The notes beneath the pieces are model-generated. The model had not been told where the DNA came from. It ran no database searches and saw only the letters and a list, made by a program, of their open reading frames with translations. Made by a program: the position numbers and the translations under genes. From a virus, in the IMG/VR virus record IMGVR_UViG_3300017991_000051, positions 32,001 through 96,000 of that record: a stretch of DNA of 64,000 nucleotides. The stretch is one strand, 5' to 3'. This document shows, piece by piece, positions 8,361 through 14,934 of this stretch. Every line of letters begins with the position of its first letter. Within the stretch, counting starts at the first letter, position 1.

Positions 8361-8561
8361 TCATCCTCGCCTCGCTTTCTCGCACCGCTTGCACAGGCGA
8401 CGGTTCGGTGGGGGGTGGGTGGTTTCGTGCCAGCCAGCCCATTCGTGCCAAACAGTTAAGCAGTTGGTTATCCCCCAATGCTCGCGCTCGGTGACGTGAA
8501 ACCTGTGGCGGATTACATGGTACACCCTGCCTCGGGCGGTGTGGGCGTAGCGGGGGGTCAT
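8361..8561 (-). CDS. hypothetical protein (non-cassette segment)
   Basis: MTPRYAH...LCKRC; coupled to the upstream ORF. Confidence 0.5.
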   Translation of the reverse strand: MTPRYAHTARGRVYHVIRHRFHVTEREHWGITNCLTVWHEWAGWHETTHPPPNRRLCKRCEKARRG

Positions 8562-8761
8562 AATGCACCATCCTCGTCGGGCCGCTGGTGGTCGCTGGCA
8601 AGACGCCCCAAGCGCACCCGCACGTCGGGGTGCAGAAGGTTGTTGCCATCCAGCCAACACTCAAACTCATGTAGGATGCCGTTGACGCCAACAGTCACGA
8701 GGCACTCCTGAATGTTCTCTACGCGCTGGTCTAGGAATGTTCCGAATAATGATGGTCCCAT
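8558..8761 (-). CDS. hypothetical protein (non-cassette segment)
   Basis: AAGGAGG RBS, MGPSLFG... Confidence 0.55.
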   Translation of the reverse strand: MGPSLFGTFLDQRVENIQECLVTVGVNGILHEFECWLDGNNLLHPDVRVRLGRLASDHQRPDEDGAL

Positions 8762-8858
8762 TTTGCCCTCCTTTGTCGTGCCTTCCTCATATCGCCTTCC
8801 GGCAAATCTGCTCGCCACGGGGTCCAATATCCTGTTATCAGGCAAAATCGCCTGTCAA

Positions 8859-9065
8859 TCAGTGGTTGGGCGTATCACTTTCACCGCCTCCCACGAAATG
8901 CGGAATGGTACACCCCGCAAACATCGCCGCCTTTTGCAGAAAGTCCTGCCGACCCTCGGCGGTGTCATCGGGAGGCCACACAAACTTCTCGATGATTTCC
9001 TTGGCCCGCGTCAGTTCCTCGTTCAACTCCGTGATCTTGATCGCTCGTCTGTCTGCCTTGTTCAT
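8859..9065 (-). CDS. cassette hypothetical protein
   Basis: GAGGAGG RBS, MNKADRRA... Confidence 0.65.
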   Translation of the reverse strand: MNKADRRAIKITELNEELTRAKEIIEKFVWPPDDTAEGRQDFLQKAAMFAGCTIPHFVGGGESDTPNH

Positions 9066-9076
9066 CGGTCCTCCTC

Positions 9077-9138
9077 GCCCAACCAAGGGCTGCAATCTAC
9101 CTCGCTATTCGCTCGGAGCTTGAGCCCCGGCGTTCTGC
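9077..9138 (+). repeat. attC12 (62 bp)
   Basis: GCCCAAC CAAGG GCTGCAAT...CTTGAGC CCCGGC GTTCTGC. Confidence 0.8.
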
Positions 9139-9368
9139 GCCATTCGTTTCTTGGCCTCATTCTCAAGCTCAAGCCGTCGTATTTCATTTTCAACCTTCAT
9201 TTCCCAATCAAGCTCTTGCAGATTGTGGGCCTTAATCCATGAATCTACTCGCCGCTTCTTGATCCACTCCGTATAGCGCAGAACAAGGCGCTGGACACTA
9301 CGGCTTGCCCGCAGTTTCCAAACCCGACCCATTCTGCACAGCCATTGCCACAGATTCTCGTGCATCAC
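9105..9368 (-). CDS. cassette hypothetical protein starting in the attC13 loop
   Basis: AAGGAGG RBS inside attC13; 87 aa. Confidence 0.65.
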   Translation of the reverse strand: MMHENLWQWLCRMGRVWKLRASRSVQRLVLRYTEWIKKRRVDSWIKAHNLQELDWEMKVENEIRRLELENEAKKRMAQNAGAQAPSE

Positions 9369-9413
9369 GCCTCCTTGTTGTCGGCAAGCCGAGTGTCAGC
9401 TTGCACGTTGGAG
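9278..9413 (+). repeat. attC13 (136 bp, long loop)
   Basis: GCAGAAC AAGGC GCTGGACA..CGGCTTGCC...GGCAAGCCG..TGTCAGC TTGCAC GTTGGAG. Confidence 0.85.
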
Positions 9414-9424
9414 TAACCAAAACA

Positions 9425-9667
9425 ATGAATAATGAAAATACCTTATGGGAGCAACTTGATGATGCTCTGAAGCGTATCGAGCAACTTGAGCACCAAGTAG
9501 CTACGATCCGGAGGAAGACTAGCGCGAGCATCAATGGGTACGCCCGCGTTCTCCACAAGATCGCCGCCCACTTGGGTCTCAGCCGGTGTTTCACATTTTG
9601 CAGCACGATCGATGTCGGCGATGCTGACAGAGTCGTTATGCGGCATATTACACCTCCTTTAGATTAA
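9425..9667 (+). CDS. cassette coiled-coil protein (paralogue of 10898-11143)
   Basis: MNNENTLWEQLDDALKRIEQLEHQV...; many differences from the paralogue are synonymous in this frame. Confidence 0.75.
   Translation: MNNENTLWEQLDDALKRIEQLEHQVATIRRKTSASINGYARVLHKIAAHLGLSRCFTFCSTIDVGDADRVVMRHITPPLD
9443..9646 (-). CDS. antisense cassette ORF (paralogue of 10916-11122)
   Basis: AAAGGAGG RBS + ATG; codon-registered antisense to the top-strand gene. Confidence 0.45.
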   Translation of the reverse strand: MPHNDSVSIADIDRAAKCETPAETQVGGDLVENAGVPIDARASLPPDRSYLVLKLLDTLQSIIKLLP

Positions 9668-9671
9668 AAAA

Positions 9672-9730
9672 CTCCAACAAGGAGCTGAAGGCGACGCGGT
9701 TGCCCGCGCGCCTTAGCTCAACCGTTGGAA
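9672..9730 (+). repeat. attC14 (59 bp, family A)
   Basis: CTCCAAC...GTTGGAA. Confidence 0.92.
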
Positions 9731-9736
9731 ACCGAT

Positions 9737-9964
9737 ATGAAAAAACAAAACACAAAAGCATTGCTCGACCGCCTAGACGAACTTATCGATCAGTTGCCAA
9801 CCGATGAACAACGCCAGTTCCATGTTCACGCGCTGTGGAATTTGTTGTCTCTGCATGCCATTGCTGATGTGCAACGTAAACTTGCTCTAATGTCAGGCTT
9901 GTTCGGTCTCCTTGGCGTGCTTCTCGGCGCGGCTCTAACATACATAATACAACGGTACAAATGA
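9737..9964 (+). CDS. cassette small membrane protein (top strand)
   Basis: MKKQNTK...; C-terminal hydrophobic helix GLFGLLGVLLGAALTYII. Confidence 0.65.
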   Translation: MKKQNTKALLDRLDELIDQLPTDEQRQFHVHALWNLLSLHAIADVQRKLALMSGLFGLLGVLLGAALTYIIQRYK

Positions 9965-10016
9965 CCAAGCCGGTAACAATACCAATACAGCCACCGATAA
10001 TTCCATGGGATATCAT
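9783..10016 (-). CDS. antisense cassette membrane-anchored ORF
   Basis: AGAGGAGG RBS; N-terminal hydrophobic helix IIGGCIGIVTGLVICTVVLCML. Confidence 0.5.
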   Translation of the reverse strand: MISHGIIGGCIGIVTGLVICTVVLCMLEPRREARQGDRTSLTLEQVYVAHQQWHAETTNSTAREHGTGVVHRLATDR

Positions 10017-10035
10017 AAACACCTCCTCTAATTGT

Positions 10036-10094
10036 TTCCAACAAGGAGCTGAAGGCGACGCGGTAGATCGCGCGCCTTAGCTCAACCGTTGTGA
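10036..10094 (+). repeat. attC15 (59 bp, family A)
   Basis: TTCCAAC...GTTGTGA. Confidence 0.92.
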
Positions 10095-10097
10095 AAT

Positions 10098-10316
10098 ATG
10101 ATTATTCAAGTACCTAACTCATTACGTCGTCGGTTTGTTGCGGGCTGCCGAACGCTCGGGCTCGATCCGAGTCTAAGCGTTGATCTATCGAAAGATCAGT
10201 TGCCCGAGTATCATGTACAGACAGAGACCCCGGAACAGCGGGCGGGTTTGCATCGTCTCTGCGCAGCCTTATCGCTCTCGCAAGAACAACTGCCGCCGCA
10301 TGCCGAAGAGACGTGA
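10098..10316 (+). CDS. cassette hypothetical protein (top strand)
   Basis: 72 aa; resembles 11545-11778 (LxxLCAA...PH). Confidence 0.55.
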   Translation: MIIQVPNSLRRRFVAGCRTLGLDPSLSVDLSKDQLPEYHVQTETPEQRAGLHRLCAALSLSQEQLPPHAEET

Positions 10317-10461
10317 GTAGAAATATGTCGTCAGGTTCAACGTATTTGCGAAGCTCGGGTTTTATCTCAAGCACACCCATGTCAAAATATGCGTACTCTC
10401 CGTCTTTGTTTATCAATGAGCCCGGTACTCTATCGTTCAAAAATTCCAATATATCGATCAT
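10114..10461 (-). CDS. cassette hypothetical protein (bottom strand)
   Basis: GGAGGT RBS, MIDILEFL..., 115 aa. Confidence 0.6.
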   Translation of the reverse strand: MIDILEFLNDRVPGSLINKDGEYAYFDMGVLEIKPELRKYVEPDDIFLLTSLRHAAAVVLARAIRLRRDDANPPAVPGSLSVHDTRATDLSIDQRLDSDRARAFGSPQQTDDVMS

Positions 10462-10473
10462 GTATACCTCCAT

Positions 10474-10534
10474 TCACAACAAACGGCTGGAGCTTACCGG
10501 CTAAGGCGCCGGAAGCTCAGCCGCATCGTTGGAC
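10474..10534 (+). repeat. attC16 (61 bp, family B)
   Basis: TCACAAC AAACG GCTGGAGC TTACCGGC TAAGGC GCCGGAA GCTCAGC CGCATC GTTGGAC. Confidence 0.9.
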
Positions 10535-10809
10535 TTAAGATAGGAACACAGTTCATGAACGAAGTTATTCAACAGATCAAGGAGCACTTCGCCGCTGGGG
10601 CCTCCTCCGTGACTCTCGTCTACTCCGACCGCACTGTGTTCATACACGCTCTTCCGCGGAATCCGAGTCCGGAGCAGACCTACGCCTATCGCGCGTTCTG
10701 TTCTCGAATCGAAAAAGATCTCGATACTCTCCATGTTATTGACGTCCGGCAAGGAGTTTGGCTCCGCCAGTACGACACCGTTTCCGGAAAATTCAGTCTT
10801 GTCCGCCAT
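10501..10809 (-). CDS. antisense cassette ORF (102 aa)
   Basis: CAGGAGG RBS, MADKTEF... Confidence 0.5.
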   Translation of the reverse strand: MADKTEFSGNGVVLAEPNSLPDVNNMESIEIFFDSRTERAIGVGLLRTRIPRKSVYEHSAVGVDESHGGGPSGEVLLDLLNNFVHELCSYLKSNDAAELPAP

Positions 10810-10815
10810 GATTAA
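10555..10815 (+). CDS. cassette hypothetical protein (top strand)
   Basis: AGGA RBS, 86 aa, fills the cassette. Confidence 0.6.
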   Translation: MNEVIQQIKEHFAAGASSVTLVYSDRTVFIHALPRNPSPEQTYAYRAFCSRIEKDLDTLHVIDVRQGVWLRQYDTVSGKFSLVRHD

Positions 10816-10827
10816 AACCTCCTGATT

Positions 10828-10886
10828 GTCCAACAAGGAGCTGAAGGCGACGCGGTAAACCGCGCGCCTTAGCTCAACCGTTGGAG
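10828..10886 (+). repeat. attC17 (59 bp, family A)
   Basis: GTCCAAC...GTTGGAG. Confidence 0.92.
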
Positions 10887-10897
10887 TAACCAAAACA

Positions 10898-11143
10898 ATG
10901 AATAATGAAAATACCTTATGGGAGCAACTTGATGATGCTCTGAAGCGTATCGAGCAGCTTGAGCACCAGGTTGAAACGATCCGAAGAGAGACCAATACGG
11001 TCATTAACGGATACGCCCGCGTGCTCCACCACATCACCACCCTTCTTAAAATCAGGGATGACGTTGTGCTTTGCGACACTACCGACGTCGGTAGTGAGAA
11101 CGTGATCATGCGTCGTGCCCATAATAAACCTCCACTAGATTAA
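10898..11143 (+). CDS. cassette coiled-coil protein (paralogue of 9425-9667)
   Basis: First 25 aa identical to the paralogue. Confidence 0.75.
   Translation: MNNENTLWEQLDDALKRIEQLEHQVETIRRETNTVINGYARVLHHITTLLKIRDDVVLCDTTDVGSENVIMRRAHNKPPLD
10916..11122 (-). CDS. antisense cassette ORF (paralogue of 9443-9646)
   Basis: GGAGG RBS; same stop position as the paralogue. Confidence 0.45.
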   Translation of the reverse strand: MGTTHDHVLTTDVGSVAKHNVIPDFKKGGDVVEHAGVSVNDRIGLSSDRFNLVLKLLDTLQSIIKLLP

Positions 11144-11149
11144 AGAAGA

Positions 11150-11208
11150 CTCCAACAAGGAGCTGAAGGCGACGCGGTAGACCGCGCGCCTTAGCTCAAC
11201 CGTTCGCA
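11150..11208 (+). repeat. attC18 (59 bp, family A)
   Basis: CTCCAAC...GTTCGCA. Confidence 0.92.
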
Positions 11209-11225
11209 AATAGAAAGGAAACGTA

Positions 11226-11480
11226 ATGACTCCAGACCAGCAAGCCGATCTTGAAGGACGTCTCCTCATGCTGGAAGCGCTCGTTCAGATGTTTCTGGTG
11301 GAACATCTTCGCCGAGCGCCTGATATCGTATCGGATGCGGGAGCGCTGACCACCGACTGCCTGAAGTCGTTTGCTTCTGCGCCCCCTCCAGTTTCTGAGC
11401 GAGCTGCCGCAAGATTGCGGCAACTGCTTGACGCAAGTATCGCATGCGCATCTGTACTTCCTCCTTTTCCTTTGTATTGA
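11226..11480 (+). CDS. cassette hypothetical protein (top strand)
   Basis: AAAGGA RBS, 84 aa, stop just before attC19. Confidence 0.65.
   Translation: MTPDQQADLEGRLLMLEALVQMFLVEHLRRAPDIVSDAGALTTDCLKSFASAPPPVSERAAARLRQLLDASIACASVLPPFPLY
11266..11451 (-). CDS. antisense cassette ORF
   Basis: AAAGGAGG RBS, 61 aa. Confidence 0.45.
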   Translation of the reverse strand: MRMRYLRQAVAAILRQLAQKLEGAQKQTTSGSRWSALPHPIRYQALGEDVPPETSERALPA

Positions 11481-11483
11481 TGT

Positions 11484-11542
11484 TGCGAACAAGGAGCTGA
11501 AGGCGACGCGGTTGCCCGCGCGCCTTAGCTCAACCGTTGGCA
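11484..11542 (+). repeat. attC19 (59 bp, family A)
   Basis: TGCGAAC...GTTGGCA. Confidence 0.92.
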
Positions 11543-11896
11543 TTATGATTGTAGATCTATCCAATCTTCCTCAATCCACGCTTGTCGCGCTAACGCAAGC
11601 CAGTCGCGAGTGCGGATTGACCGTTTCGAGTTCAGCTCCGGTATCTCCACTGGGCCCGACCAGCCTACGGATATATCTTGATCGGACTGAACTTCCGATG
11701 TTACAGCAGCTTTGCGCCGCACAAGGCGTTCGGCTAAATCCTTGGCCACATCTGCCAGACGCTTTGCAAGCCACTTAGTATCCTCAAGCTCCAACGGCTG
11801 ATACGCCGCACGGACCGCCATCGCCCCAAAAACGATGCAGCGGTCATCAACAACTACGTCGATTAGCGGATGAAGAACATCTGTAACCTCTATCAT
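11543..11896 (-). CDS. cassette hypothetical protein (bottom strand)
   Basis: AAGGAG RBS, 117 aa. Confidence 0.6.
   Translation of the reverse strand: MIEVTDVLHPLIDVVVDDRCIVFGAMAVRAAYQPLELEDTKWLAKRLADVAKDLAERLVRRKAAVTSEVQSDQDISVGWSGPVEIPELNSKRSIRTRDWLALARQAWIEEDWIDLQS
11545..11778 (+). CDS. cassette hypothetical protein (top strand)
   Basis: MIVDLSNL...LQQLCAA...PH; resembles 10098-10316. Confidence 0.55.
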   Translation: MIVDLSNLPQSTLVALTQASRECGLTVSSSAPVSPLGPTSLRIYLDRTELPMLQQLCAAQGVRLNPWPHLPDALQAT

Positions 11897-11913
11897 GATA
11901 TTGACTCCTTACA

Positions 11914-11974
11914 TGCCAACAATCGGCTGGAGCTTACCGGCTATGGCGCCGGAAGCTCAGCCGCAACGTTACGC
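11914..11974 (+). repeat. attC20 (61 bp, family B), last site of the array
   Basis: TGCCAAC AATCG GCTGGAGC...GCTCAGC CGCAAC GTTACGC. Confidence 0.9.
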
Positions 11975-12130
11975 AGGCCAACACTTGAACCCAGCAGGAA
12001 GGCGCCGTACGCCTTCCCACTCTCGGGCCCACTTCCTCGCGCCCGCCTCGTCAACGGGCTCCTCGAACTCGACAGGCCCCAGCGCATACGCGTCACGGGG
12101 AAACTTTACATACCATCTCTTCGCTATCAT
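11969..12130 (-). CDS. small hypothetical protein (53 aa, not in the ORF track)
   Basis: MIAKRWYVKFP...FKCWPA*; its TAA overlaps the final GTT. Confidence 0.6.
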   Translation of the reverse strand: MIAKRWYVKFPRDAYALGPVEFEEPVDEAGARKWAREWEGVRRLPAGFKCWPA

Positions 12131-12134
12131 GACC

Positions 12135-12812
12135 TTACCTCACTACAAATCCTGTTGTGTCCCTTCGTGCATCCCCCTTCGCGCTCAATCCCACCACCGC
12201 CGGCGATGGATCGAGAAAGCGTAGATCACTGTCGTCACCCGTGAGTACGGGGTAACCCCAGTGGGTTTGCGGAATCTTCTCGAATATGACTGCTACGTTG
12301 TGCCCGGCCGCGAGGGTGCGCTTGCACGCCGCCTCGTTACATATGCCCCGACTGAGCAACAGGTAGTAGTTAGGACGCTTCACCGTCCGCACCCGCCTCG
12401 ATGAACGGGTGTAGTCGTAGAACTGGACCGATGGAAACCGCGCCATGATATTGCCGAACTCCGGCGAATACCACGGGATATCGCTCGTGCCATTCAGACG
12501 CACGGCCGGGCCCATACCCTGCCGGTACGCTTTCCTGACGAGCGCAGCGATATCGTCGCACAGCTGATCGATGAATCCCCCACGATCATCGAACAACCAG
12601 CGCGTCTTCCTGATCCTCGATTCCTTTACGCTATCAAACTGTCCTCGACCTGCCGTGTACAGGCAAGCCCTGCGACAGCCTCTGTCCGCGAATGGGCAGA
12701 CGTTATACTTTCGTCCTGCGTTTGTTGCCGACGCTAAGTGAAGAATTCCCGTGAGCCACCCCTTCTTCTCACCCTTCCGGGTCTTAGCGTTCGACGTCGT
12801 CAGTAATCTCAT
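12135..12812 (-). CDS. phage Gp88-like protein
   Basis: NVCPFA..GCRRACL..AGRG, VRLNGTSDI, VQFYDYT and GDDSDLRFLD motifs. Confidence 0.8.
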   Translation of the reverse strand: MRLLTTSNAKTRKGEKKGWLTGILHLASATNAGRKYNVCPFADRGCRRACLYTAGRGQFDSVKESRIRKTRWLFDDRGGFIDQLCDDIAALVRKAYRQGMGPAVRLNGTSDIPWYSPEFGNIMARFPSVQFYDYTRSSRRVRTVKRPNYYLLLSRGICNEAACKRTLAAGHNVAVIFEKIPQTHWGYPVLTGDDSDLRFLDPSPAVVGLSAKGDARRDTTGFVVR

Positions 12813-12823
12813 TGTGTGTCCCA

Positions 12824-12847
12824 ATTTTGTATTACGATACAAACTCT
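12824..12847 (-). promoter_or_regulatory. palindromic operator/promoter-like motif, copy 1
   Basis: ATTTTGTA-TTACGA-TACAAACTCT; related copies at 44065 and 57347. Confidence 0.55.
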
Positions 12848-12850
12848 TTA

Positions 12851-13099
12851 TCAGAGTAAACCTAGTTCATCGACCAGCTCACCGAACGTGGGAGCCGGCT
12901 CGTCCAACGCTTCTTCGACGGCTTCCTTGCCGCCCTCTATCTGCTCCGGAGCATAAACGTCCCATGTCTCCACGTGGACGCCTCCCATCTCCGTTCGTTC
13001 TTTGCGGCAGAATACGCGACCGTCCGCCGTCCATCTCAGGGGCGTCACGGACACATTACCTTTCGCAAGCGTCACCTTCGGATCGTCGTCAGTGTACAT
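12851..13099 (-). CDS. hypothetical protein
   Basis: 82 aa. Confidence 0.65.
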   Translation of the reverse strand: MYTDDDPKVTLAKGNVSVTPLRWTADGRVFCRKERTEMGGVHVETWDVYAPEQIEGGKEAVEEALDEPAPTFGELVDELGLL

Positions 13100-13174
13100 T
13101 ACGCGCCCCCATAAAGAAAACGCCCAGCGAGTCCCCCCGCTGGGCGTCGTTAACTGCTATCATGGTCGCGGCTA

Positions 13175-13939
13175 CTACCGCTTCTTGCCCTTCTTGGGCT
13201 TCGGCGGTTTGACAACCTCCGCTACGCGCTCGAACGCTTCCTTCGCAAGGTCCCGCTGCGTGTTCCACGTGCCGACGAGAGACTCGAACGCGCTGTTACC
13301 GGCGTCGAAATGCTCGTACGCCCGCTTCATCCGGTCCGGATCATCGCCGTAGCAGATGGTCTCAACATACCTGCCGATGGCCTTCAGCTTCTGCTCGAAC
13401 AGCAGAATAAGGTTCTCCGAGTTCTTCACCACGCGGACGGCCTGCGACATGTTCTTCGCATCCTGATCCACCTCCGCGGGCTTCCCGGATCCCAGCCGCT
13501 TGGCCAACGCGTCCTTGACATCGAACGCCGCCGGCTTCTGCATGCTCTTGACCGCCTCCTCGAGGATGGCATTGCGCACCTCGGGCGTGACGTTCTTGCT
13601 GCATAGCAACAGCGCCTTACGAAGCGACAGCGTCGCCTCCTGCGCCATCTGCAGCTGCTTCTCCGTGAAGTTCTTCTTGATCGACTGCGCGTCGTACAGG
13701 GATTCCTTACCGAGCCGGATCTTGCCGGCCTCGAACAGGTCCTGCGAGAACTTCTCCACGCTCTGCTTGCCGTACTTGTCGTGCTGGGACGTCAGCTCCT
13801 CGACCTTCGCACCCAGGTTCCAATAGAACTCGAGCGACCGGCTGTAGAACTGGCGGGCCATTACCACCGTCTCACCAACCAACTGTTTGTAGTTGACCGA
13901 CGGAGACTGATTCCTTCTCTTCGCTACTGCTTTACTCAT
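13175..13939 (-). CDS. protein with a DUF1016 (YhcG) N-terminal-like domain
   Basis: FYWNLGAKVEE...KYGKQSVEKFSQDL; AGGAGAGG RBS. Confidence 0.6.
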   Translation of the reverse strand: MSKAVAKRRNQSPSVNYKQLVGETVVMARQFYSRSLEFYWNLGAKVEELTSQHDKYGKQSVEKFSQDLFEAGKIRLGKESLYDAQSIKKNFTEKQLQMAQEATLSLRKALLLCSKNVTPEVRNAILEEAVKSMQKPAAFDVKDALAKRLGSGKPAEVDQDAKNMSQAVRVVKNSENLILLFEQKLKAIGRYVETICYGDDPDRMKRAYEHFDAGNSAFESLVGTWNTQRDLAKEAFERVAEVVKPPKPKKGKKR

Positions 13940-13952
13940 GTGTTCCTCTCCT

Positions 13953-14408
13953 CTAGTCCAACGGCCGCGCCTGCAACACGTGATTTTTACGTGTGCGCAT
14001 GTCGCGGAACAAGCCGCCGAATACGTTGACCATCTTGATTCTCGCCTCAATGTTGAGCAGGCTATGTGCCGTACGTCGCGATTCCAGCGACATGCCGGAG
14101 GCGTCAGCTTCCATCAGGATGCGCCGTTCCTCCGGGCTGAGTCCGTCCTGCAAGACGTTCTCGATGTCCTTCGAGCACATCACGCCCAATACCGTCTTGA
14201 GATTCATCACCAACCGAATGACGGGTGATGCGTTAGCCAATTTCTTGAATAGCCCATACGTGGGCTGTGAAAGCCGCCGTTCCAACACCTCCGCCAACAA
14301 TCTCTCCAGACGGGGTGCAGTGGTCGCAATCTGTTCCAACCGCTCTATCGGCTGTTGCATACCCAGGTCGGGCTTAGGCTTGGAAAAACCTTTACCTTTG
14401 CTGCCCAT
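13953..14408 (-). CDS. hypothetical protein
   Basis: 151 aa, GGAGG RBS. Confidence 0.7.
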   Translation of the reverse strand: MGSKGKGFSKPKPDLGMQQPIERLEQIATTAPRLERLLAEVLERRLSQPTYGLFKKLANASPVIRLVMNLKTVLGVMCSKDIENVLQDGLSPEERRILMEADASGMSLESRRTAHSLLNIEARIKMVNVFGGLFRDMRTRKNHVLQARPLD

Positions 14409-14934
14409 AACATACCTCCTTGCTCAGCCTCCAATCGAATGCACGCTTCAGCATCGCAACGAACCCGGTTAGCGGGTCTACTACGTACTCGTCTCCCGGC
14501 AACTCCACGCGCCAGTACGGCTCCTCCTTACACAGGTATGCTTCCGTACAGTTGTGGATTACCATCTCCGGCATACCGTCGCCAACGCTGGCGAAGATAA
14601 CGCCGACCAGTCCGTCGGGATAGCTGTCTCGCGCCTCCTCCATCTCGGTGTAGATCCGGCTCTTCTCCGGTTTCTTCATCAGCGCCGTGAACGGAACCTT
14701 CTTCGCGGACTTGTACGATGCGAGCCGAACCGGAAAGTTCGGGCAAGCTTGCACGAACCACGCGAGTCCGAACTCGTCACCAACGAGCTTCTGCAGTCGG
14801 GACGCAAGTCCCGCTTCCTCCTCCAGGCCGCGGAGCAGTATGAGCAGAGCCTTCTGATCAAACCGCTCCTGCTTCTGCCTGAAGTCGCTCTTCTTCTGCA
14901 GGCCGAGGAATGTCTCCATCTCCGGATCATGCAT
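14392..14934 (-). CDS. hypothetical protein
   Basis: 180 aa, coupled to the RecA-like gene. Confidence 0.7.
   Translation of the reverse strand: MHDPEMETFLGLQKKSDFRQKQERFDQKALLILLRGLEEEAGLASRLQKLVGDEFGLAWFVQACPNFPVRLASYKSAKKVPFTALMKKPEKSRIYTEMEEARDSYPDGLVGVIFASVGDGMPEMVIHNCTEAYLCKEEPYWRVELPGDEYVVDPLTGFVAMLKRAFDWRLSKEVCYGQQR

Larger units (their letters stand above)
5093..11974 (+). mobile_element. integron gene-cassette array (about 20 attC sites, no integrase in window; CALIN-like) inside a phage genome
   Basis: Repeated AAC-5nt-L''(8)...L'(7)-5/6nt-GTT imperfect inverted repeats. For nearly every cassette the sequence from the GTT is the reverse complement of the R'' end of the next attC over 7-15 bp, as expected for integrated circular cassettes. 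Confidence 0.93.

Noticed and set aside
6195-8410. Other short period-5-looking stretches (about 6195-6215, 6843-6870, 8365-8410)
   Set aside because: Only 2-4 imperfect units, inside coding or attC sequence, with no constant triplet.
5093-11542. The 59-bp repeats as a CRISPR array for the RAMP proteins
   Set aside because: The intervening segments are 150-410 bp and coding, and the repeats have attC box architecture with cassette-end complementarity.
10501-11778. Long ORFs reading through attC sites (10501-11109 -, 11196-11564 -, 11371-11778 +)
   Set aside because: The extensions are translated attC sequence (VELRRAxxRVAFSSL / NKELKATRLPARLSSTV). SD-supported starts lie inside the cassettes.
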